Origin: an uncultured Bdellovibrionales bacterium
GTDB lineage: Bacteria > Bdellovibrionota > Bdellovibrionia > Bdellovibrionales > UBA1609
DNA: 64,000 nucleotides
Assembly: GCA_903833275.1 (NCBI GenBank)
Contig: CAILEP010000020.1
Coordinates: 8,277-72,276 of the forward strand
Direction: 5' to 3'
The notes below the pieces were generated by a model. The model saw nothing but the letters and a program-made list of their open reading frames with translations, ran no database searches and had not been told where the DNA came from. The position numbers and the translations under genes were made by a program. Positions 11,751 to 19,836 of this stretch are shown in pieces (the stretch's first letter is position 1; the number at the start of each line of letters is the position of its first letter).

Positions 11751-13364
11751 ATGTTATTGACGGCACTTATATTTTTACCGTTAGTATTTGGCCTCGGGCT
11801 ATCTGTCATTAAAGACGATGCCGTCGTAAAAAAACTAACACTCGCATTTCTAATCGCAGAATTTTTACTGAGCCTCTTTTTGTTTGCGAAGTTCGACCCC
11901 GAATCTGCGAAATTACAACTTGTAGAGCGTCACGATTGGATTGCCGCGATTGGTGTTCAATATTTTGTTGGTATTGACGGCCTTTCATTTTGGCTAGTTT
12001 TGCTCACGACCTTTTTGACCCCACTTGCTCTATTGAGTGGCTGGACAAGCGTCGACAAAAAGGTAAAGGCCTTTTGCTTTGCTCTTCTCGCGCTCGAAAC
12101 GACCATGGTTGGCACATTTGTTTCAATGAACGCAATTTTGTTCTATTGCTTTTTCGAGGCCTCATTAATCCCAATGTATTTTATGATCGGGATTTGGGGC
12201 GGCACACGTCGACTTTATGCCACTGTGAAGTTCTTTATTTTTACTATGGCCGGCTCAATCTTTATGCTTTTGGGCATTATCACCCTGATGTTTTTGACGG
12301 CCAGCCAAAATGGCGGGCAGATTTCAGCGAGCCTGCTCGATTTTTACAAGTTGCACATCCCGTTTGTTCAGGATGAATTTTTTAGCACGCAGACACTTCT
12401 GTTCTTTGCCTTTGCGGTTGCGTTCGCAATTAAAGTGCCTGTTTTTCCGTTTCACACTTGGCTGCCAGATGCGCACGTTGAGGCGCCGACACCGGGTTCA
12501 GTTATTCTGGCCGGCGTACTTTTGAAAATGGGCACTTACGGGTTTTTGCGTTTTGCCATACCAATATTTCCGCAAGCAGCAGAGCAATGGGCCTGGGCTT
12601 TTATGTTGGTCGGTGTTTTCGGCGTCATATATGGGGCTCTTGTTGCGATGGTGCAACCCGATATGAAGAAGCTCGTCGCGTATTCGTCGGTTTCACATAT
12701 GGGCTACATTATGCTCGGTATGTTCGCCATGAACACGCAGGGCGTTTCGGGGGCCCTTTACCAAATGCTTAATCACGGGGTTAGCACGGGCGCGCTCTTT
12801 ATGCTCGTAGGTTTCGTTTATGAGCGCACGCACACCCGTGAAATTAAGAATTACGGCGGCTTGGCTTCGGCGGCGCCCCTATTTACAATTCTCTTCGTCA
12901 TCGTCACAATGTCGAGTATTGCGGTGCCACTGACAAATGGCTTCGTTGGCGAATTCTTAATTCTTCTTGGCACTTTTTCAGCCAATAAAATTATCGCAGG
13001 CTTCGCCGTTACAGGGGTGGTTCTCGGTGCCACTTACATGCTCTGGATGGTGAAGAAGGTATTTTACGGAGAGGAAGCTGGCGTTGTTCTTGAGCACAAA
13101 GCTCATGGCCTCGAACTTAATACGCGCGAAATTTTGGCCATCGTGCCCTTGATAATATTGATTTTTTGGATGGGACTTTCTTCAAATACATTTATGCATT
13201 GGTCAAAAGCCAGTGTCGAAAATCTTGTGCAAAACCACGGCCAATATCAACTGACGATCAAAGAAGACGAAGTTGAAAAATCTTTAGAAAAGGCAGTAGC
13301 CGCGAATAGCGCAAAGAAAGTTTTGAAGGCGACTATTTCTCACGAGGCAAAGAATGAACTTTAG
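11751..13364 (+). CDS. nuoM: NADH-quinone oxidoreductase subunit M
   Basis: KVPVFPFHTWLPDAHVEAPT motif. Confidence 0.98.
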   Translation: MLLTALIFLPLVFGLGLSVIKDDAVVKKLTLAFLIAEFLLSLFLFAKFDPESAKLQLVERHDWIAAIGVQYFVGIDGLSFWLVLLTTFLTPLALLSGWTSVDKKVKAFCFALLALETTMVGTFVSMNAILFYCFFEASLIPMYFMIGIWGGTRRLYATVKFFIFTMAGSIFMLLGIITLMFLTASQNGGQISASLLDFYKLHIPFVQDEFFSTQTLLFFAFAVAFAIKVPVFPFHTWLPDAHVEAPTPGSVILAGVLLKMGTYGFLRFAIPIFPQAAEQWAWAFMLVGVFGVIYGALVAMVQPDMKKLVAYSSVSHMGYIMLGMFAMNTQGVSGALYQMLNHGVSTGALFMLVGFVYERTHTREIKNYGGLASAAPLFTILFVIVTMSSIAVPLTNGFVGEFLILLGTFSANKIIAGFAVTGVVLGATYMLWMVKKVFYGEEAGVVLEHKAHGLELNTREILAIVPLIILIFWMGLSSNTFMHWSKASVENLVQNHGQYQLTIKEDEVEKSLEKAVAANSAKKVLKATISHEAKNEL

Positions 13365-14835
13365 TATTCCGTTAGTCGATTTCGTCTGCATTTCGCCCGC
13401 AATTATATTGTTTTTAGCGAGCTTGATCCCGTTAACTGTAAAGGTTCTTCGGGGCAATAAAGAGCAAAATTCTTTTGCCTCTCTTTCGTGGGTTGTACTC
13501 GGTGCGGTTGCTGCCGCTTTCGCAGCGATTAGCTTTTTGCCGAAGCACTCGACCACTTACCATTTTTCGAATGCACTTGTTTTCGACGGGGTTTCGATTT
13601 TTGTAACCGTCGTCGTTTGCCTTATTACGGTGGTGGCCGCTGTGATGGCGCGCGAAAATAACGCCACGAATGGGCGACAGTACTCTGAGTTTCTTTTTCT
13701 ACTTATGAACTCAGCCGTTGGGATGCTGTTGATGGCGTGGTCAAATGACTTGATCGTCACATTTATCGCGATAGAGATAATGTCACTTTGCCTCTACCTA
13801 CTGGTGGCTTTAAGCCACGAAGAAAAATTGTCGAAAGAGGCGGCTTTTAAATACTTTATTCTAGGTGGTTTTGCATCGGCGGTATTTCTATATGGTGTTG
13901 CTTTTATTTACGGTATGTCGGGCACCACCTACCTCAACATGATTGCGGTGCGCGCCGCCGAATTATCTACCGGCGGCTATTTATTTAAGCTTGGCCTAAT
14001 TATGGCTATCGTCGGTCTTTGTTTTAAAATCGCGATTGTGCCATTTCACGCCTGGGCGCCCGATGTCTATGAGGGCTCGCCAACCCCAGTTACCGCATTT
14101 ATGGCCACCGGAGTAAAGGTTGTAACCTTCGTTGCATTTTTGAGAGTCATGAAGCTCGACTTTCTTGGTCACGACCCCAATGCGCCACTCGTCGTTATTT
14201 TGCAATGGCTAGCGGTGTTTACGATGATTGCCGGCAATATAGCGGCAATTATGCAGCAAAGCTTAAAGCGGATGTTGGCCTATTCTAGTATCGCACACTC
14301 GGGATACGTTCTTGTTGGGCTAATAGCCGCTACTGTGGCTGGTGAAGCTTGGCGCGGCGATCTCAGCGTTATTTTTTACGTAACGGCCTATACCATCATG
14401 ACCCTCGGCGGGTTCTGCGTCGTGTGCCTACTTGAGAGTAGAGAGAATGATATTATTTTAATTGATGATATAAAGGGGTTAGCAAAACGCAACCCACTGA
14501 TCGCCGGCGTGTTCGCGTTATTTCTTTTAAGCTTGGCAGGCATTCCGCCAACGGTTGGGTTTTTTGCCAAATTTTTTGTATTTTCGGCGGCGATTAAACA
14601 AGGGTTTGTTTGGCTCGCGGTTTGGGGTGCGATCGGGTCGATTATCGGCGCGTACTACTATCTAAGACCAATTGTTTATATGTACATGAAAGACGAGGAC
14701 GGAGTGTCGGCGAGTGAGCATTATCAGCTGACCTTTGGGGTAACAACACTGTTGGCCATTCTCACTCTGCTTCTTGGTTTAATGACTCAGCCATTTTATC
14801 TACAAGTGAAAGCAGCAATATCGTCATTTTTATAA
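13354..14835 (+). CDS. nuoN: NADH-quinone oxidoreductase subunit N
   Basis: FKIAIVPFHAWAPDVYEGSPTP and KRMLAYSSIAH motifs. Confidence 0.98.
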   Translation: MNFSIPLVDFVCISPAIILFLASLIPLTVKVLRGNKEQNSFASLSWVVLGAVAAAFAAISFLPKHSTTYHFSNALVFDGVSIFVTVVVCLITVVAAVMARENNATNGRQYSEFLFLLMNSAVGMLLMAWSNDLIVTFIAIEIMSLCLYLLVALSHEEKLSKEAAFKYFILGGFASAVFLYGVAFIYGMSGTTYLNMIAVRAAELSTGGYLFKLGLIMAIVGLCFKIAIVPFHAWAPDVYEGSPTPVTAFMATGVKVVTFVAFLRVMKLDFLGHDPNAPLVVILQWLAVFTMIAGNIAAIMQQSLKRMLAYSSIAHSGYVLVGLIAATVAGEAWRGDLSVIFYVTAYTIMTLGGFCVVCLLESRENDIILIDDIKGLAKRNPLIAGVFALFLLSLAGIPPTVGFFAKFFVFSAAIKQGFVWLAVWGAIGSIIGAYYYLRPIVYMYMKDEDGVSASEHYQLTFGVTTLLAILTLLLGLMTQPFYLQVKAAISSFL

Positions 14836-14842
14836 GCTAAGT

Positions 14843-16066
14843 TTAGATCGTATATTTTCGCAAAGATTGCATTGCGGCCTTAAAGCCGGTTTTGACAATT
14901 TTCGATAAAATTTCAGGGTTAAGGCTGAAGTGATCGGCGAAAAACATTTCGTAGTCGTCTGGGTTTGGATGAATATAAATATATTCAGTGTTCGGCTTAA
15001 AATTAGTTCGTGAAACCAAAATTTCAATAAGCTTTTCGCGATGCTCTGCTGAGATGTCTGTCTGCTTCAAATAACCATCCACCGCGGATATCAGCTGCTT
15101 CACCATTTTTTGAGTCTTGAGGTGATTGGCAATCTTCTGTTGAACGACCTGGTAGAGCGCTTGGTTAAAAATAACTGGGGCGCCAAACTCATGTAGAGAG
15201 CCGATTGCCTTATTGTAGTGGTAGGGTTGAATTGAATATGAAGCCACCACTAAATCGGCACCCTGGTCGGTTGCAACGTGAGTTGAAAGCGTGTCGCGAA
15301 TCTCGCCGTCGAAATAAAATATCTCACGCCCACGATCATCATGAATGGCGTACGGGGCAAAAAACGGAGGGAGCGCTGCTGACGCCGCGACGGCCTGGCT
15401 CACGGTAGCAAAATTAGCATGCATCATTTCTTCGGTCTTTGTCGTCTCCGGAAAATTTCCGAAAATAACTTTTCGCGAATGATTGAGCTGGGTGGCAACC
15501 ACGTAGAGCTGTACTCCAAGAGATTTAAAAGTGTTTTCGGGGTGAGCGTGCTCGCGTAAAAATTTTTCGAGGTTCTCTGTCGAAAATACTCCGCTGACTT
15601 TAAATCCGCGCTTTAAAAGCACCTCGAGGCCGCCACTAATAACGGGGGTTTTCTTAAAGAAACTTGAGAAGATTCGCGAGGGGTGGCCGGCCTTTACATT
15701 AAGAGCAAAAATATCCCGGTAAGAAAGTGACCGAAGATAGGCCGGCGCTGGATGTTGTCTTTTTGTTTTTTCAGATTTACCAGCGGTGGAGTGGCCAGTG
15801 CCGCGCATAAAGGCTTCCACAATCGAGTCGATATCGTATCCGGCAGCAAGAAAGGTTGCGATGACTGAGCCTGCGCTAGAGCCGACATAGGTTTTAAAGG
15901 TCATCTCGTTAGATGGGAAAACATTGGTAACGTGCTCGGGGCTGCCACCAGCGAATTTAAAGCCCTTTTCGCGTAAGGCGATACAGACACCAATGTGAAA
16001 GGCGGCGGCTTTAACTCCACCGCCGCTTAGTACTAGAGCCAGATTTTGTTTCTCGCTAAGGCGCAT
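14843..16066 (-). CDS. Patatin-like phospholipase
   Basis: Oxyanion loop SGGGVKA, nucleophile elbow GSSAG, ASAALP, catalytic DGE. Confidence 0.88.
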   Translation of the reverse strand: MRLSEKQNLALVLSGGGVKAAAFHIGVCIALREKGFKFAGGSPEHVTNVFPSNEMTFKTYVGSSAGSVIATFLAAGYDIDSIVEAFMRGTGHSTAGKSEKTKRQHPAPAYLRSLSYRDIFALNVKAGHPSRIFSSFFKKTPVISGGLEVLLKRGFKVSGVFSTENLEKFLREHAHPENTFKSLGVQLYVVATQLNHSRKVIFGNFPETTKTEEMMHANFATVSQAVAASAALPPFFAPYAIHDDRGREIFYFDGEIRDTLSTHVATDQGADLVVASYSIQPYHYNKAIGSLHEFGAPVIFNQALYQVVQQKIANHLKTQKMVKQLISAVDGYLKQTDISAEHREKLIEILVSRTNFKPNTEYIYIHPNPDDYEMFFADHFSLNPEILSKIVKTGFKAAMQSLRKYTI

Positions 16067-16096
16067 AACTGAGAATTATAGACAAAACCCGGCCAA

Positions 16097-16186
16097 TGAC
16101 TAGCCACTTTGACTAGTCATATCAATCCAAGGAGGCTTTACTTAGCGGCGACGGCTGTGTAGTGTGATTTGATCAATGACTAGTCA
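16097..16186. promoter_or_regulatory. Three palindromic operator-like boxes: TGACTAGCCA 16097-16106, TGACTAGTCA 16110-16119, TGACTAGTCA 16177-16186
   Basis: Read directly from the 134-bp divergent intergenic region; two perfect copies and one with a single mismatch. Confidence 0.75.
16137..16165 (+). promoter_or_regulatory. Sigma70-like promoter TTTACT-N17-TAGTGT for the wHTH gene
   Basis: Consensus-like hexamers with a 17-bp spacer; AGGAG SD at 16191-16195. Confidence 0.5.
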
Positions 16187-16200
16187 CGTGAGGAGAAGTC

Positions 16201-16737
16201 TTGCTGAATAAGGGTTGGCTGCCATTAAATGAATACTCGACAAAGTATCGAGTGAGCCTGTCGACGCTGCGCAGAAGAATTCGTTCTTCTGAAGTCGCAT
16301 TTCAATTTGAAGAAGGCAAGTACTGGCTCGAAGACCGCGCTATGGCCAAACCGGCCCATTCAGCAAAGTCCATTTCAAATGTGGCGGCAGAGCACCCGAT
16401 TGAAGCGCAAAGTAGTTATGCCCCGCAGGCGAACTTTGTCGCGTCACCAGCCGAGGCCCATCGACCTGTGGCCGCGAGTTCTGAGGCTACAGCGGTCAAT
16501 GCGGAGGGTCTTTTGCATTCAGCCCAGGGCCTCTTGCAAGAGCTCAAAAACGCTTATGTAAAAGTTCTCCATGAAAAAGAAGAGCAGATAACCCAGCTCA
16601 AAGAAGAAGTGATTGATCTAAAAACTCTCGTGAAAATTCTTGAATCTGAAAACGACCGGCTGCAATTCAACATGCGCGAATCGGCGCCGATAGACGGTTG
16701 GCTCGACGATAATATCGACCGAAATACAGAAAGGTAG
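16201..16737 (+). CDS. MerR/Xis-like winged-HTH protein with a C-terminal coiled coil
   Basis: N-terminal WLPLNEYSTKYRVSLSTLRRRIR...EGKYWL, Ala/Ser linker, heptad region LHEKEEQITQLKEEVIDLKTLVKILESENDRL; TTG start with SD. Confidence 0.75.
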   Translation: MLNKGWLPLNEYSTKYRVSLSTLRRRIRSSEVAFQFEEGKYWLEDRAMAKPAHSAKSISNVAAEHPIEAQSSYAPQANFVASPAEAHRPVAASSEATAVNAEGLLHSAQGLLQELKNAYVKVLHEKEEQITQLKEEVIDLKTLVKILESENDRLQFNMRESAPIDGWLDDNIDRNTER

Positions 16738-16756
16738 TTTTTTAAACTACCTTTCT
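16728..16756. terminator. Probable bidirectional terminator hairpin between the convergent wHTH gene and lon
   Basis: Perfect 13-bp inverted repeat AGAAAGGTAGTTT-ttt-AAACTACCTTTCT. Confidence 0.65.
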
Positions 16757-16787
16757 TTGAGCTCAATTTAATATTTTTTAAATTTTA

Positions 16788-19199
16788 CTATGCGGCCGAA
16801 GCGGCACGCGGCACTTTCGGTTTCTTGCTAAGTTTCGGCCCAACTGTTTTGCGTTCGCTTTTTCGATCAAACGCTACAGCTAAAACCTCATCAACATTTT
16901 CGACGAAAATGAACTTCAATTTTTCCTTAAACTGGTCTGGGATATCAGAAAGATCCTTCTGATTTGCCAAGGGCATAATAATGTTCGTGATGCCGTGATT
17001 GAGCGCGGCCAAAGCCTTTTCGCGCAATCCACCGATTGGCAATACTCTTCCAGCCAAAGTCACTTCACCGGTCATCGCCACATCGCTTCGAACCGGGGTA
17101 TCGGTCAGTAAGCTGATGATACCGACGGCCATCGTGATCCCGGCTGAGGGGCCATCTTTGGGTATGCCGCCCGCTGGGATGTGCAGATGAATTTCAGTGT
17201 TTTCAAAAATATTCTCATCGATACCAAGCTCTTCAGAGTGGGCGCGTGCATACGAAAGGGCTGCTTTTGCAGATTCTTTCATTACATCGCCAAGCTGACC
17301 CGTTAATACGAGACCGCCTTTGCCTTTCATCTTGAGTGCTTCGATATACAAGATCTCGCCGCCAACTTGGGTCCAAGCTAGGCCGGTTACGATACCAACT
17401 TGGCTTTCAGTCAGCCGCTCGTCACGTAGAAATCGTGGTGCTCCAAGGTAGTCATGGGCAACATCTGCAGTTACCGTCACTTTATCAGTTTTACCCGAAA
17501 CAACGCGTTTTGCGATTTTTCGGCAAACTGAACCAACTTCGCGCTCTAGGTTTCGAACGCCAGCTTCACGAGTATAGCCTGCGATTACGGCCCGAATACC
17601 GTCGTCTGTGAATTCGACGTTTTCAGCCGTAACACCATTTTGCTTCATTTGCTTTTCAACAATATGTTGCTTGGCGATAACTAACTTGTCGTTTTCGGTA
17701 TAGCCCGAGATGCTGATTAACTCCATACGATCGCGAAGTGCGCTCGGGATATTATCAACAACGTTAGCCGTTGCGATAAACAGAACGTTACTTAAATCAA
17801 AATCGACATTCAAATAGTTATCTCTGAATGTTGAGTTCTGTTCTGGGTCAAGAACCTCGAGCATCGCGGCACTCGGGTCGCCACGAAAGTCTGAGCCCAA
17901 TTTATCTATCTCATCAAGAACGATAACCGGGTTGTTTGTTTTAACAGTTTTTAATGCCTGAATAATTTTGCCGGGCATCGCGCCAACATAGGTGCGGCGA
18001 TGACCACGAATTTCTGCCTCATCTTTTACTCCGCCAAGTGAAAGGCGAAAGTATTCGCGGCCCATTGCTCTTGCAATGCTTTTGCCGAGCGAAGTTTTGC
18101 CAACGCCAGGGGGGCCAGCGAAACAAAGGATGGGGCCACGCATGCCCTTTTCTTTCAGCTTTCTTACAGCAAGAAATTCAAGGATGCGGTCTTTTACCTT
18201 ATGTAGATCGTAATGGTCTTCGTCTAAAACTTTTTTGGCGTTGTCGATGTCGAGAAGATCGACTGAGCTATTGCCCCAGGGGAGGTCGATAAACCAGTCC
18301 AAATAGGTTCGCAACATTGAAGCTTCGCTTGCATCTGGATGCATGCGCTCAAGGCGGCTTAATTGTTTAAGAGCCTCTGCCTCAACAGTGCTCGGCATCT
18401 TTCGACCCTTGATCTTTTCGCGCAACTCATCGACCTCTTCAGATTTAGAGTCGCCATCACCAAGTTCATTTTTAATTGCGCGCATTTGCTCGCGCAAAAA
18501 GTATTCGCGCTGGCTTTTCGACATTTCGTCTTTTGCCTGACTGCGAATTTTTGCTTGCATCTGCAAAACTTCAAGTTCGCTAGCAAGAATATCATTTACA
18601 AGCTGTAAGCGCTTCTTCGGATCTTGTGTTTCGAGAACACGTTGTCCGTCGCTTACCTTCAGGCCAAGATTAGACGCAATAAGATCCGCCATGCGACCTG
18701 GGTCGGTGACGTCGTCTAATACTAATAATAAGTCGGGCGAAAGCATGCGGCCCAAAGCAATGATCTTCTCGAGATGCTCTTTGGCATTTCGAACCATTGC
18801 TTCAAACTCAATAGGTGTACCCTGCGCAGCATTTTCGGCAATCTTCTCGCAGTTCACTTCATAAAAGGGTTCAGTTTTTGAATACTTTTTAATCTCACCC
18901 TTTGAGATGCCTTGGATGAGAATTTTAACGCGTCCGTCGGGTAGTTTGCGCATTCGCATAATCATTGCGATTGTGCCGACGCGATAAATCGACCCTTCTT
19001 TTGGGTTCTCTTCAGAAATTTCTTTCTGCGAAGCCAAAAAAATCAGACGATTTTTTGCTAATGCTTCTTCTACAGCGCGTATTGAGCTTTCTCGGCCCAC
19101 ATAGAGCGGTAGAATCATGTAAGGGAATACCACGATATCTCTGACCGGTAGCATGGGTAAGTTGTCAGGTATATCGATCACTTTGTCGTCGAATTTCAT
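16788..19199 (-). CDS. lon: ATP-dependent Lon protease
   Basis: LON N-domain, GPPGVGKT, catalytic PKDGPSAG; GGAGG SD before ATG 19199 (start reassigned from 19259). Confidence 0.98.
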   Translation of the reverse strand: MKFDDKVIDIPDNLPMLPVRDIVVFPYMILPLYVGRESSIRAVEEALAKNRLIFLASQKEISEENPKEGSIYRVGTIAMIMRMRKLPDGRVKILIQGISKGEIKKYSKTEPFYEVNCEKIAENAAQGTPIEFEAMVRNAKEHLEKIIALGRMLSPDLLLVLDDVTDPGRMADLIASNLGLKVSDGQRVLETQDPKKRLQLVNDILASELEVLQMQAKIRSQAKDEMSKSQREYFLREQMRAIKNELGDGDSKSEEVDELREKIKGRKMPSTVEAEALKQLSRLERMHPDASEASMLRTYLDWFIDLPWGNSSVDLLDIDNAKKVLDEDHYDLHKVKDRILEFLAVRKLKEKGMRGPILCFAGPPGVGKTSLGKSIARAMGREYFRLSLGGVKDEAEIRGHRRTYVGAMPGKIIQALKTVKTNNPVIVLDEIDKLGSDFRGDPSAAMLEVLDPEQNSTFRDNYLNVDFDLSNVLFIATANVVDNIPSALRDRMELISISGYTENDKLVIAKQHIVEKQMKQNGVTAENVEFTDDGIRAVIAGYTREAGVRNLEREVGSVCRKIAKRVVSGKTDKVTVTADVAHDYLGAPRFLRDERLTESQVGIVTGLAWTQVGGEILYIEALKMKGKGGLVLTGQLGDVMKESAKAALSYARAHSEELGIDENIFENTEIHLHIPAGGIPKDGPSAGITMAVGIISLLTDTPVRSDVAMTGEVTLAGRVLPIGGLREKALAALNHGITNIIMPLANQKDLSDIPDQFKEKLKFIFVENVDEVLAVAFDRKSERKTVGPKLSKKPKVPRAASAA

Positions 19200-19386
19200 G
19201 TTGCCTCCGCGTACCTTTCTAACAACCTCTTCGGTCTCGAGTGCGGAGGCCTTAAGCAATTTTATTTTTTATTTAGTCTGGAATTTCTTGAAATGACTCA
19301 ATTATTCCTTGAGAAAACGTGTCAAATTTCCGTGCCGCGACCCAGACATAATCGGTAAGTCTTAGGACGATCGCCGAAAAAAGGTC

Positions 19387-19758
19387 CTACTTTGCATAAC
19401 GTTTAGACAGATCTTCGCGAATTTCTGCGCCTTCGACACTTAACCTGGTCCAAGGTATAGCCAAAAGTCGTTCGGGCTCGATAGCCTCATCAGTTTCTTC
19501 GCAGATACCGTAAACACCGCGTTCAATTTTCGCCAAAGCGATTTCGATTTCTAGTAATTGGGTGCGCGATCGTTCTTGGGCAGACATATATTGACCCTCT
19601 GCCAGCGTATCAACAGCCTGATCTGTTTCGTCGCCCCCACGGTCTCGTGAGTGAAACTCGCGGTGGTTCTCGCGAATGCGGTTGAGCAAATCAGCCTTCA
19701 GATTGAGCAACGTCTCTTTGCAGAGATTGATTACTTTTGTAGATAGTTGCCGCGCCAT
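19387..19758 (-). CDS. dksA: DksA/TraR family RNA polymerase-binding factor, one-Cys type
   Basis: Coiled-coil tip DETDQA; YGICEETDEAIEPERLLAIPW; GAGGAGGAG SD. Confidence 0.8.
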   Translation of the reverse strand: MARQLSTKVINLCKETLLNLKADLLNRIRENHREFHSRDRGGDETDQAVDTLAEGQYMSAQERSRTQLLEIEIALAKIERGVYGICEETDEAIEPERLLAIPWTRLSVEGAEIREDLSKRYAK

Positions 19759-19776
19759 AAACTCCTCCTCATGTGT

Positions 19777-19796
19777 GAGTCGCGTTCTTGCGACTC
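19777..19796 (-). other. GC-rich hairpin in the dksA leader
   Basis: GAGTCGC-N6-GCGACTC just upstream of the SD; no U-tract, so possibly a 5' stabiliser rather than a terminator. Confidence 0.4.
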
Positions 19797-19836
19797 GAAC
19801 TGAAAATTAGACAGAGGTGGGTAGAGGTCGGGTTAG

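Noticed and set aside
16180-16195. TCACGTGA core as a parS site
   Set aside because: Flanks do not match TGTTTCACGTGAAACA; better explained by box 3 plus the SD.
19340-19380. CCGATTA sigma28-like -10 upstream of lon
   Set aside because: No TAAA-like -35 at the correct spacing.
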